A stretch of DNA of 64,000 nucleotides from Piromyces finnis finn. Its lineage: Eukaryota > Fungi > Neocallimastigomycota. Location of the stretch: positions 2,356,001-2,420,000 of the forward strand of contig MCFH01000001.1 in NCBI GenBank assembly GCA_002104945.1. The letters are read 5' to 3'. Made by a program: the position numbers and the translations under genes. The notes below the pieces were generated by a model. The model was not told where the DNA came from. It worked only from the letters and a program-made list of their open reading frames with translations, and searched no databases. Each line of letters opens with the position of its first letter. Position 1 is the first letter of the stretch. Positions 1 through 15,916 of this stretch are shown here, piece by piece.

Positions 1-2850
<2,850 letters not shown>

Positions 2851-3281
2851 TATTATTAATGTAGTTGTTAGTTTTTTAGCAGAAAATTATTTATTTAGGT
2901 GGATTGTTAAATTAAAGAAAAGAAAGAACTTAAAATAATAATACTTTTAATTTATTTAAGAAACAAAAAAGTCTCAAAATTTAAAATTGTTAATAGGAAA
3001 AGTGAAAAAAAATTATTATTTTTATTTATATAGAATTTAAAAAATTATTTTTTTTATATATATAGATTTATTTTATTATACAAAAGTACATTATAATGTA
3101 ATAATTTATTTATATTTACATGTTAAATATTTATTTACAAGTATTAAAAAATAATAAAAGACACTATATTTCTATTAAAAAGAACTTCTATTTAAAGTTA
3201 AAGGTTTTAATTAAATTTTTTTTTTTTTTTTTTTTTCATCAAGCAGCATATTTAATATTTATACATAATAATCTTGGTAAA

Positions 3282-3323
<42 letters not shown>

Positions 3324-3777
3324 TTAATATAATAAAATATATAGTTTATTTGGATTTTGAAAATGTGGCTTAACTAACTTTATTATTCCTGTGTTATAGA
3401 AAAATATTTGAAATATAACCATCTAGTAATAAAGGTGTCTAGTAATAAAGGTATAGGTAGTATTATATTTTGAATAAATTAATCTTGTTGATTTATATAT
3501 TTCCTTGGTTGTATATTTGCTTATACACATTTAGTTACGTGTTAAAATTCTATATGAAACCAAAAATTATATATATAAATATTTTATATAATAATAGTTT
3601 TTTTTTTTATAATATCTTTTGTTTCATATAATTTGTTTTTTAAGCACATTTATTATTTAATTATTATATAACCTGTATTTTAATTTACTTAATGCTAAAA
3701 ATATAATATCATTTAATTCTTATACAAATTAAATTTAAAAATTTAAAGATTAAAAACAAAAGCATTAACTTTTTTGA

Positions 3778-3821
<44 letters not shown>

Positions 3822-4004
3822 CATTAATAATTGAAATATTATAGCGAATAATAAAATAGAAATAATATTATTTCTATTTTACAAACATTATTATTGAATT
3901 AATCATGATGATCTTATGACTATCATAAAATATTAATTTTTATGTAATAATAATTATTATTATTTATTTATTTACTTTCAAAAAAAAAATAAAAATAAAA
4001 TAAA

Positions 4005-5138
4005 TTATATAATGAATTTATCATTCATATTTAATGGACGACTTGTTGAAAGTTGTGGAATCTGTGTGAAATTCTTTTCTGACAAGATTTTTTTTATACA
4101 TGCTAATAATTCAGTATAAGTATATTCTTTGTCCTCCTTTAACAAAGTTATAATTGCATAAGACATAGCACCAGTAGAAACATTTCCTACTGTCATATCT
4201 GCACTTGTTTGGTTATCTTTACAACCAGAAAATTGAACAATATCACCAACACATTGACGTCTTTGAAGTGTATTAGGATTAGTACCATTTCTTGCTGCTT
4301 TTTTTAAAGAACCGTTATAAATATCATGAATAGATTTATATATATTAACTGGATTTCCACCCATTATACTATTAACTACATCCGAACTTTTCCTAAATAT
4401 TTCTTTGCGTACATCATTTTCAATAACTTCGATATTATTTTGACATTGGTAAGTATAAGGAAGATCCATAATAGTTCCTGAATGACATGAATCAAAAATA
4501 GCAGTTAATTTACAACCTTTTGGTAATGGTTCTACTAAAAGCTTATATATTTCATCATCAATAATTTGACCATTTTCCGTATAATCACATGGTAGTATAG
4601 TTTCATCTAAACCATCTATTTCATCACCATCTAAATCTTTTACTGTACCACCATGACCACTATAATGAAATACTAAGGAATCACCGGATTTGGCATCTTT
4701 AACAAGCCACTTCATAGCATTAACAATATTATCATAAGTTGGCTTTTTTTTAGGATCCTGATTATCATCTGTTAATATGACAGCCTGTTTAAAGCCATAT
4801 TTTTTAGAAAATAATTGTGATATATTTTTAACATCATTTATACAACCATTAAGTTCAGATTTACTACCTATATAATTAATTCCAATGTAAAGTGCTTTTT
4901 TTTTTCCTTTGCAATTAGACTTAACAAACTTATCCCCATGTCTATCTTTATAAAATTTTTCAAGATTTTTATTCCAAACTTCACATTTTTTTATTTGATT
5001 ATGGATATGATTTGTTAATTTTGTTTTACTATTATCAGTATTCATTTTTATTTTATATCTTTTAGTTTCTTTAAAAACTTTACCATTTATAATTTTTGTG
5101 GTAGTCTTTATTACTTCCTTCATTGGAGCTTCAACCAT
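4005..5138 (-). CDS. MCA1: Type I metacaspase (peptidase C14B), intronless
   Basis: KKKALYIGINY, LNGCIND, catalytic HYSGHG and DSCHSG, p10 motifs FSGCKDNQTSAD and QIPQLS. Confidence 0.93.
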   Translation of the reverse strand: MVEAPMKEVIKTTTKIINGKVFKETKRYKIKMNTDNSKTKLTNHIHNQIKKCEVWNKNLEKFYKDRHGDKFVKSNCKGKKKALYIGINYIGSKSELNGCINDVKNISQLFSKKYGFKQAVILTDDNQDPKKKPTYDNIVNAMKWLVKDAKSGDSLVFHYSGHGGTVKDLDGDEIDGLDETILPCDYTENGQIIDDEIYKLLVEPLPKGCKLTAIFDSCHSGTIMDLPYTYQCQNNIEVIENDVRKEIFRKSSDVVNSIMGGNPVNIYKSIHDIYNGSLKKAARNGTNPNTLQRRQCVGDIVQFSGCKDNQTSADMTVGNVSTGAMSYAIITLLKEDKEYTYTELLACIKKILSEKNFTQIPQLSTSRPLNMNDKFII

Positions 5139-5282
5139 TTTTATATATTACTATATACTTATAAAAAAATAATATTCTTAAAATAAGCTATTGTCAGTTT
5201 ACACTTTTTTACTGAATTTTAAAGTAATTGTTATCTTTTATTTAAAAAATATAAAATATTATATCCTTTCATACAAAAAAAG

Positions 5283-5313
<31 letters not shown>

Positions 5314-6314
5314 CCTTAATCTTTAAATTTTAATATTTATTTATAAGTAAATTAAAAATAATATATTACTCTAATATATTACTATTATTTATTAAATCGA
5401 ATTTATTTAATTATTTACATTTTCTTTAATATTTATATAATAACATATATTATTTATTGTAACACAAAATTATGGCAATAATATACTTTAAATAAATAAT
5501 AATATATCTAAAATATATATGTATATATATTTTATTTTTTTCCTATTATAGTTATTATAAAAAAATGAATAATCTTTTTAATTATTAATATATAAATAAT
5601 ATATTATAATATAATCTTTATTTATTTAATACATTTTTTAATTGAAATGTTGAAATTTTTCATTTTATTATTATACCAACTATAAAACAAATAATCATTA
5701 ATAATTGTAGCACAAATTCTATATTAACATTTATTTACTTTATTGATTTATTCATTTATTTATTATATTTAACATAGATTAAATAAAGCATTAATAATAT
5801 TTTTTATTAATCATTTATCAAATACATAATTATAAATTGAGATAATTTACTTTATCATAAACATGGAATTTTGGGAAAAAATATTTTTTTTAATTATGAT
5901 AATATATATTTTTTATATATTTCTTTTTTTTCAATTTTTTAGTTTAAATCTAATGGAATATTTTAATACCTCTTTATCTTTCAAACAATCTTTAAAATTT
6001 CAAATTTGTGTAATAAAAATCATTTGATTTTATTCTATTTATATTCTATAATTATAATATACAATATATTATTTATATTATTTAATATATTATTTCATAC
6101 ATAATAATAAAACTAAAAATAAGATTATATAATAATAAAAAAATAAAATAAAAAAAAAAGTTTCAAATATAGCGATTATACCAATTAAAAAAATAAATAA
6201 ATATAAATTTAAATCATAAAAAAAAAAAGAGTAAAAATAATTCATTAAATGAATTATGAATATTATGTTTAATTTACGAATTAATTGATTAATTATATAA
6301 TAAAAACAATTAAA

Positions 6315-7424
6315 ATGGTTGATTTTTCACCAAAAGATAAAATAAAAAACATCAAGAATTATATGTCTAATAATAGAGAAGGTACAGATACAAATACTAT
6401 TAAATCGAGTATTAATAGTCATATTAATAATCAATTAAAAATTCAGGAAATATGGAATACAGATACAGAAAAATTTTATAATGATAGAGATGGTGATAAT
6501 TTTATTAGATCAGATTGTTCTGGTAAAAAAAAGGCTGTTTATATAGGAATTAATTATGTTAATTCAAGTAATAAACTAATTGGATGTGTAAACGATGCTA
6601 ATAATATTTCTGAATTATTTTCAAGAAAATTTGGATTTAATGATTACATTTTATTAACTGATGATACAAATGATGAAAATAAGATGCCAACTCATGATAA
6701 TATTATTAATGCAATTAATTGGCTTGTAAAAGATATTAAAGCAGGTGATTCTTTAGTATTTCATTTTAGTGGACATGGTCAATCTGTTTTAGACAAAGAT
6801 GGTGATGAGTGGGACGGTTTTGATGAGTCCATTTTACCATGTGATTATACCAAAAAGGGACGTATTATTGATGATGATATATATCATTTATTAGTAGAAC
6901 CTATACCAAAGGGTTGTAAATTAACAACAATTTTTGATTGTTGTCATTCAGGAACAATAATGGATCTTCCTTACACTTATCAGTGCCCTTATCATATAGA
7001 AGTCATTGAAAATGATCTTCGTAAAGCTATATATCAAAAAACTAACGAAGTTTTTAGTGCAATTATTAATGGTGATAGTAAAGAAATTTCAAAATCTCTA
7101 CAAAGTGTATTTGATGGTTCAATAAAGAAAGTAGTAGTTAATGGAACAAATCCAGAAACCATAAAAAGATTACAATGTAATGGTGAAGTTATACAGTTTT
7201 CTGGTTGTAGAGATGACCAAAAGAGTGCTGATATTAAGATGGGTGATGTTATCTCCGGAGCTATGTCACATTATTTAATTAAATTATTGAATAAAGATAG
7301 AGAATATACTTATATTGAATTATTATCAGGAATAAGGCAATATCTTTGTAATAAAAACATTACTCAAATTCCACAGCTTTCATCTTCAAGACCAATAAGT
7401 TTTAAAGATAAATTTACTGTTTAA
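6315..7424 (+). CDS. MCA1: Type I metacaspase paralog, intronless
   Basis: KKKAVYIGINY, HFSGHG, DCCHSG, FSGCRDDQKSAD, QIPQLSS. The likely start is the in-frame ATG at 6315 rather than the TTG at 6285. Confidence 0.92.
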   Translation: MVDFSPKDKIKNIKNYMSNNREGTDTNTIKSSINSHINNQLKIQEIWNTDTEKFYNDRDGDNFIRSDCSGKKKAVYIGINYVNSSNKLIGCVNDANNISELFSRKFGFNDYILLTDDTNDENKMPTHDNIINAINWLVKDIKAGDSLVFHFSGHGQSVLDKDGDEWDGFDESILPCDYTKKGRIIDDDIYHLLVEPIPKGCKLTTIFDCCHSGTIMDLPYTYQCPYHIEVIENDLRKAIYQKTNEVFSAIINGDSKEISKSLQSVFDGSIKKVVVNGTNPETIKRLQCNGEVIQFSGCRDDQKSADIKMGDVISGAMSHYLIKLLNKDREYTYIELLSGIRQYLCNKNITQIPQLSSSRPISFKDKFTV

Positions 7425-8324
7425 TAAAAATTTAAAATCTTCCTGTATACCATATACTTTTTCATAATTTAAAAATATTTATATATAAATATAAATATTA
7501 TACCAACATATATTATTAATTATTATTATTCATTATTTTATAAAAATAAAATACTAGAAATATAAAAATATAGATTTTGAAGTTATTAAATAATAATTTA
7601 TCATACATTTAAAAAAATTATCTTATTTATCATCGAAATACCCTATAAATGTGTATATAATTAACATTTATATATATATTTATTATTTTAAAAATAAATA
7701 TAAAATAAAAACTAAAATATAAAATTCATAATTGTATAATCGATTTTGTGTTTAAAATTTTACAATATTAAAAAAAAAAAAAAATGTTGAATTTATAATC
7801 TCAATTGGTAAAAATATTAAAATAAGAAAAATAAGTATTTGATAAATGTGCCATTAAATTATATTTTAATTGAGAAAAAAAAATGTTTGAAAATTGTAAT
7901 CAACACTATTTCTTAAATATAATAATGGTATAAATTACTAATTATAATTTTTAAATATTAAAAAAAACACATATATATATATAATTATTGTTGTATTTTT
8001 TATTTATTTATTTATTTTTATATTGATACATTTTTTATTATTTTTTTTATTATTGCATATTAGGTTTCATCATATCATTATATTATATACATATTTGCAA
8101 TATAGATACAAAAAAATATCATAATAAAAATTTATTATTATTAGTTAATGCTTTAAAAAGTTAAAATATTTATATTATTATCTAATTGCAATAATTAATA
8201 TAATAAATTAAATAATTTAACATAACTTTATATGCTTGCTATTTATTATTATACAAAATATTATTATTATACAATGATATTATATGATATTTCAATTGAA
8301 TGACAAATTTTATTTGCTTTAATA

Positions 8325-10800
8325 TTAATTATCTTTACAATTAGGTAAAATGCCACACCATTTATTATTTTTAACACCCCACTGTCCATTATTATCTTCA
8401 TATATAACATCACAAGAATCACAACATTCATAGCCTAAGGGGCTAGTCCAACATTCTTGTTTTTCTATGATTTTTCTTGGATATAAATTGATAATACACC
8501 AATCCTCCATGACGTAATCATATGCCCAATCTCCTTCTTCATCTTGATAAAGAACCTCTGTCAGATAATTTGGACAACAAATGTATCCATATTCTTCAGC
8601 TTCACATTTTGGGATTCTATCCAAGGCAGATTGGTCGTAATAACCTTTGAATTCTACTTCTTTATTAATAGGAAATTCATAATTTTCATCAAGGTAGACA
8701 GAATCACAATCCATATGGTATGCATTACATATATATCTATATTTCGCAAGAATCCAATATTTTATACCATAAGCATTATACTGAATAGTATCAACCATAG
8801 TAAATTCTGAATTTGCATCCCACTGAGCTAAAGAATAAGTTTCTTCTGCGGAGTAATTAATTCTACCAGGGTAATATCCATTTTCATCAGGGGTTTTGTC
8901 CATCATAACATAAGGTTTAATAAATTCTTTTAATTCATCAATATGTGGAAAAAGTGTTGCTGGATTGAAAACTTTTTCTATAACATTTTTTAAAATTTTT
9001 TCAAAACGGCTTGGGTTATTTAAGATTAAAATTTCAATGATATGATGATGAACAGTCCAATCAGAGAATGAATAGTTTACATAATCAGTTTTTCTTCTTA
9101 AATAATGTTCTGGTAAATCTTCGAGAATATAACCAACAAAAACTCTATCAATATTAATTCCAAATTCTTGATCAAAGTCGTAAGTAATATATTTCCATTT
9201 TCCATTAGGTTCCTTATACATATAGAAATTATGACCAATTTGTTGAATATGATCCCAACCTCCTATTAAATATTCAATTACCATTTCAGTAAGAAAATGA
9301 TCAACATCAAAAATATCCTCAATATCTGAGGCCGTTTGGGCTTGATCTAATTTCAATAAAAAGTTCATCCATTCAGAGTAATCTTTGACATCATCATTTT
9401 CATTTCTACATCCATACCCCAATCTTATTGATAAATTAGATGAACCACATTGATACAAGGAAGTAGTTTCATCCTCATCATAAATATATTTTATCCATGA
9501 TTTTTTAATGGCATCGGTTAAAACAAATAAACCCATATTTTCATTATTAATATATAATGTGACATAATTTGCTGAAATTGAAACAAGACCTAAACGGTTA
9601 TGTATATCAGAAGTTAATTTTGATCTTAAAAATGTAGGTTCTGCAAAGTCGGAACGTAATTTGAATTGACTACGGCCATATAAATCTTTCTTTCCACGAA
9701 TTTTTAAATTAAAATTTGGTTTACTTAATTGACGAGAATATTGACCGCCTAAGGAAAAAGTTACCTTATCAAATTCAATAATTTTACTGAAATAATTAAA
9801 AAAAAGTGAGAAATAAAAAAAAGTATAAATTAGAAATAGTTTAAAAATGATATATTAGTTTTTCTCTTCACATATTATTCATTTATAATGAATAAAATTT
9901 TTTTTAAGAAAAATATTCACAATTTAATTTTTTTTAATTTATATCTTTTATTATAATTTTTAATTCTATTATTTATATATATTTACCCCCCAAGTTCAAC
10001 AGTTAAAGTAGACTTTTTAGTCTTAAATTCTTTGTTAGTAATACTAGTTTCACTATTTCTAGCATCATCATTATTATTGATATATTGCGTGACTTCTTCT
10101 TCATCAATAAGTGGTGTACTTTCTTCATTACTTATAATATCATTATTATTAACGTCATTAATAGTTTCAAAAATACTTTTATTACTATTTAACGAATTTT
10201 TTATTTGTGTAATAAGATTTCTGGAAATAATAGATTTTATTTCTGTATCTTTTACTAAACTTTCTTTGCTAAATAACTTTTGATCTGTTAAATTTCCTTG
10301 GTTCTCTTGTTCTACTTGCTGTTGATTCATCATTTTAACACAAAAACTAGAGTATTCAATAAGGTTGAATTTTTTATTACTATTAAAGAATTTTTCCATA
10401 ATACTTTCTTTATCAAAATCAAAATCAACATAATTTCTTATATTGGTATCATATTCTTCTAAAATTTCAGTTTTATTAAGATGAGCATAACCATCACTAC
10501 CGATATTGAATTCAGGAAATATTTCTTGAATATTGGAGCCTGGATATTTTTCGAAAAAATTAGTATTACATACATCATCCAAACCTTCGGAGGCTAATCT
10601 TAATAAATTTCCTAATATATCTGCTAAATTATGCTTAGCAGAACCTAAACCTCCAATATTCGCTTTTTTTTTTAAAAGAATGAATTCATCATCTGGCATA
10701 GTCACTCTAAACAAAGCCACTTCATTATCAGTTAACTCAAAAATTTCAGCACGTTGTCCTTCTGGAATAAAACTAGTGTTAACAGCAAAAATTATCTTAA
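8325..10800 (-). CDS. cotH: CotH-family kinase with two C-terminal fungal dockerin (CBM10-like) domains
   Basis: Exon 10800-9987, intron 9986-9787, exon 9786-8325 gives FSLGGQYSR..KLRSDFAEPTFLRSKL..WDH..HNFY..YDFD, then the C..GY.CC..D..G.W..WC pattern twice. The short signal-peptide first exon was not located. Confidence 0.88.
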
Positions 10801-10995
10801 CTAATAATAGTTCATCCAAAATATTATTAATTTTAGATATTTTTATATTCAACAAAATTATAATAGAAAAATTTATTATATATAAGATTCAATTTAATAT
10901 TAATAAAAATATAAAAATTTTAATTAGTACTAATAATTAATGAAAAATAGTATTACTTAAATTTATTTTCTCTTTATTTTTTTAAATAATATTTA

Positions 10996-11087
<92 letters not shown>
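10996..11087. repeat. (TTA)n microsatellite, ~30 units
   Basis: Uninterrupted TTA run. Confidence 0.95.
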
Positions 11088-11088
<1 letters not shown>

Positions 11089-12667
11089 ATATTTCGTTTG
11101 TACTTTCAACTTTTTATATTTTATAACCATATATTTGTTATAATTAATGATATTTTATCTTACCAAAAAAGAGTAGAGTAATGAAATAATTAAATAACAT
11201 TTTTCATGTATTATATACTTGTTTATTTAAAAATATATATATTCTTTGTTGTTATTATAATATTTTTCCTAACTGTAAAGATTGTAATGAATGATGCCTA
11301 TATATAAATAAATATATGTACCTGTACATATATTATTAACTATTGCTGATATTACTTTTTTATTTATTTGGGTGGGGGAAATTTTTGTATCTTTTATACT
11401 TTTTTTTATTATTTTGTCAATTTACTTACAGCATGACAATATATTAAATTATTTGTCATCTTGTTTTGATTTTATTAATTGTTTCAACCCTATTATTCAT
11501 CAATCCATATATAGTTAAATTAAAATGAGATTAAACTCTATCTCATAACTGATCAATAAAATTCAAGATTTTTAAATTAAAAATTTATTTTTTTTTAATT
11601 ATAATAAAAGAAAATTATAATAACATTTTTATTTATTCCATAATGTGGCTTACTAATAATCAATAAAGCAAGAATAATTTTTAATTAAGTAAATTTAGAT
11701 TTATATTATAATTTCAAAGAAAATTATATTCTTATTTATATTTTAATGTGGCTCATTAATTACACAAAGATATTTAATTGTATTTACATTAATTTATAAA
11801 AGGAAAAATAATATTTAACCTTAATGAATATATTTCTAAATCAAATTTTGATCTTAATAATTAAGTAAAGATATTTGTATAAAACATATTATTAGAAGAT
11901 GATGATAATATGGCAATATATGTAATTATTGCATTAATTAATATGAATAACAAATATCAGAAAATAAAAAATGTAACATAAAAAAAAAAGAATTTAATAA
12001 TAAATAGTTTAAATATTTTAAATATTCTATTTATTGAGTTTATATCAAAAAAAAAAATAAATGAAAAAAACATCGATAAAAAATTTATTTATTAATAATA
12101 AAGATAATAGGAATGCAACAAAATTCTATTTACATTTTATAAATTTCATATATGTTGGTGAAAGTCATTAATATGGTTTTATATTTACATTTATGATAAA
12201 TTTATTAATATCTTTTATGAAAAAGTTATTTAATACTAATACATTATTTAATTATATACTAATTACATTTCATCTCAATACATCAAAAACATATTTCAAA
12301 TTCTTACAGGTTATTACTATTATTTTTGAATTTTTTACAATTAAAATGTCTGATTTTTACCCTATTATCTTTTTTAATTTAATAGCACATTAAATTATTT
12401 AATATTATATTTTATAGTATATAAACAAATATTATATATTTAAAAATAAATAAAAAAAAAAGTCATTTTTTTTCATTTGAAATTATCTTTTTATACATTA
12501 TAATATGCTTAAGAATTCACAAATATAAATGATATACCTTTAATATTGAAAAATTGAATTTTTGAAATTATTATTAAATATAAAAAAAATTTTTTAATTG
12601 AATATTATAATTATTAAATAAAAAATAAAAAAAAAAAAAAATTATATATATAGTAAGTATTAAAAAA

Positions 12668-13741
12668 TTAATTTAATACAATTTCAAAATTATTAGTATT
12701 TAACTTAAAGAAATGTTCATAAAAGTTGTTATTTGTTTTAGCAAAATGACTAGTAGCAAATATATTAATTATACCATTAAAATATTTTTCTTCATTACAA
12801 TTTCCTAATTCTAAAGTAACTGCCAAGTTATCAGAGAGAGTATCATTTAACACAGCATAATAACCAGTTTTATAAATTTGTTGAATGTAATCTTCTTCTG
12901 AATTATTGAAAAAAGTAACCATTTTGTAGAATTTGTCAGTTTTATAAATATATACAAGAACATTATATGGATTGACTTTTATTATTTGGACATTTGATCG
13001 ATTCTCTTGATAAAATTTAAAATGTTCTTTTATTTCATAAATATTTGTTCCATACTTTATATAATCAATTTTAATTTTTAAAGATGATTTTGAAACAGTA
13101 TTTTCACTGTTAATTTTTTTGTCTTCTGATGTTTTTTTGGAGAAGAAATTAAATAAATATGTAAGAATATTTTCTAATAAAGTTCTAAATATTATAATAT
13201 TTTTTAATAATTTTTCCATATTATTATTTAAAGATTCCATATTATTGCTTAAATATTCCAACTTTTCATTTTGGTAATCATTCTTTTGGTTTATATTATC
13301 CAAAATATCATTATTGCTCTTACGATATTTATTAAGAGTCAATTCAAGTTCATGTGAATTATGTCCAATAATTTTATTTTTAATTAAAAGAGTTAATGAA
13401 CTATCATTAATTTCTTTTATATTTATTGAACATTCTTTATCTCTGTCTTCTATTGTATTGTTCTTTGTTTTATCAATGATATCTATGATGAGAAAAAAAA
13501 TATTTTCAATTTTAGGATATATTTCTAGCATTTTATTATTAAGATCCTTAAAATCGTTAATATTCATTATTACTTTAAAAGTATAATTTAACAACACATT
13601 CGCATTATAAACTTCGAACTCTACAACCATATTCTTATCTATTTTTTTTAAATCAACAGATAAAATATATATTTCATTATTATACGTTAACTCAGTTTTC
13701 TTTTTTGTTAATGTTTTTTTAAAATCTTCAGTAACATTCAT
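12668..13741 (-). CDS. Hypothetical 357-aa protein with central coiled coil
   Basis: Long intronless ORF in an AT-rich background, with a heptad-like segment (EKLEYLSNNMESLNNNMEKLLKN). No recognised motif. Confidence 0.65.
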   Translation of the reverse strand: MNVTEDFKKTLTKKKTELTYNNEIYILSVDLKKIDKNMVVEFEVYNANVLLNYTFKVIMNINDFKDLNNKMLEIYPKIENIFFLIIDIIDKTKNNTIEDRDKECSINIKEINDSSLTLLIKNKIIGHNSHELELTLNKYRKSNNDILDNINQKNDYQNEKLEYLSNNMESLNNNMEKLLKNIIIFRTLLENILTYLFNFFSKKTSEDKKINSENTVSKSSLKIKIDYIKYGTNIYEIKEHFKFYQENRSNVQIIKVNPYNVLVYIYKTDKFYKMVTFFNNSEEDYIQQIYKTGYYAVLNDTLSDNLAVTLELGNCNEEKYFNGIINIFATSHFAKTNNNFYEHFFKLNTNNFEIVLN

Positions 13742-15171
13742 TTTTTCTTGTTTAAATTATATTAAAATATCTTAAATTACTTAAATTACTATAATTTTAT
13801 GGCTCAATTATATAAAATGTAACTTTGTAAAAAAAAAGAAGGAAGAAAGAAAGAAATTTTATAAAATATTTTTTTCTTAATTTTATAATTTTCATGTTTT
13901 AATAAATATTAATAAATTAGACATAACTTTTAAAAAAAAAAAAAAAAAAACTCAAAACCAATAATGTAAAAAAAAATAAAGGAATTGCTTTTTAATTAAA
14001 ATATTGGACAAGTTTTTTTTTTAAAATATAAATATTTTAACCAAATAATTAATATCACTAAATATTTATTAATTAAAAAAAAATAAATTTATTTATTTTT
14101 AATGAAAGTCTTTAAAAATATAATTGAAAATAACTTTTGTAATTTCATATAATAAACATATAATAAACACAATAACCAAAATTTTTCATTATTAAGTGTA
14201 TATAAAAATAATCAAAACTGCAAAACTGTTTTTTTTTAAAAAAAAATATTTTATTCATTAACCATAAAAAGAGAAAGTCTAAAAAAAAAATAGGATTGAA
14301 AGTATTGCCGCTTCAATGAAAAATTATAATTTTTAAGACATTCAAAAGTTTTCAAAATTAAATAATTACAAAGTATTAAAATTTAATAATATTTTAAAAA
14401 TATTATTATTATTATTTGTAGATAATAATATTTATTTAAAAAGAATATAAATAAAAAATACTATAAAAGAAAAAAATAAAAATAAAAATGAAAAACCTTT
14501 AAAAAAGCAATATCCTAATTCTTATTCTATTGTTACACAAATTACTTAGAGAAACTCTTTTTATTTAAAGATTCATTATAAATTATAATTAAATATATTT
14601 ATGCAATTCATTTAAAATATTATAAAATACAATTTTGATATATTACCATATATTCTTAATAATCAATAAGTTAAAATAAAAATAACATATGGCTTGAACA
14701 TATTACTATATTAATACGTTTCTTTTATGTTGTAGTATTTTAATATTAGTTTATTTATAATTTATTACATTAGGTGAAAATATTTTATTATTTTAATTAA
14801 TTAATCTTTCTAATAATTACACTTCTTTAATTAATTATATAAAAACCTCTCTAGTTAATTATTAAACATGAATATTTTTATATTATAAAATTCTTATAAT
14901 TAAATATAATTGAATATCAATTATATAATATATGAATAATAATTGAATAGGATATAATATAATATTAAAGTGAAATATTACTATAAAAGGAAAAACTGAT
15001 GTAATACAAATGAGTATTACAAAAAAAAGTAACTTTACATTTAATAATGAATATAGGAATGAATAAATATTAATATATAATATTAATATAAAAGAATATA
15101 ATGGAATATGTACATGTATTCTATAATTAATATAATATATACCAATTATTATATTATTATTATAAAATATT

Positions 15172-15624
15172 TGATATAAATTTATGAATAATAAAAATTA
15201 TTTTAAATAGTACTAATATGTAACTAGACATATTAGTTTCATATCATTAGTAAATTTTATCTAATATTAAATTTATATAGTTTTTATGTGAAAGAATGTA
15301 ATGTAAATGCATGACAAATATAAGAACATGTAATGTAAAAAACTAATGTGAATATAATCCACATAGTTACAGTCTTATCATTAGACAACTAAGTACTAAG
15401 TAAGCCTCAATTAGTATAAATTGACTATAAATAATTAGACTAGAGAATAGAGAATAATTATTATTAAAAGGAGTTATTCCTTTAGTAAATTTTAATAGTT
15501 AAAAACGACAGGATAAACGTTTTAGTATTTAGACAGAATGGAAATATTGAAAAGTAGTAAAATTATTAATAAAATATATACTATTTACAGTTAAATTCTT
15601 TCTACATAAAAATAGCCCGTATCA
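15172..15624 (+). mobile_element. Diverged solo LTR of the outer Ty3/Gypsy family
   Basis: Aligns along its length to the reverse complement of LTR 32202-32620, e.g. AATTCTTTCTACATAAAAATAGCCCGTATCA vs AATTCTTTCTACATAAAATTAACCCGTATCA, plus TAAGTAAGCCTCA and AGTATTTAGACAGAAT. The left boundary is approximate and no TSD was seen. Confidence 0.85.
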
Positions 15625-15916
15625 GAGTTTTAATTGCATAAATTAAATAATATTCGGACTAAATATATCTAAATTTCTATTTTATTTATTATTTTAAAAA
15701 TATAAGATTTGAATTTTATAATTGAAATTGTATAATTGGGATTAATAATAAATATATAACAAATGTGTACTGTTTAAAATAAAAGTTTTTTTTTTTTTTT
15801 TAATTCTCCATATAAATGATTTTCAAATTAAAACATTAAAAATTAAAAATTAACATATATAAACTAATCCCATTTCCAGAAAAACAAAAATATTAAATCA
15901 AATTAAAAAAATAAAA

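Noticed and set aside
3120-3332. 70-aa ORF with poly-Phe and poly-Tyr
   Set aside because: Translation of T-run and (TTA)n microsatellites.
8544-10940. Plus-strand ORFs 8544-8810, 10032-10283 and 10533-10940
   Set aside because: Antisense shadows of the CotH exons.
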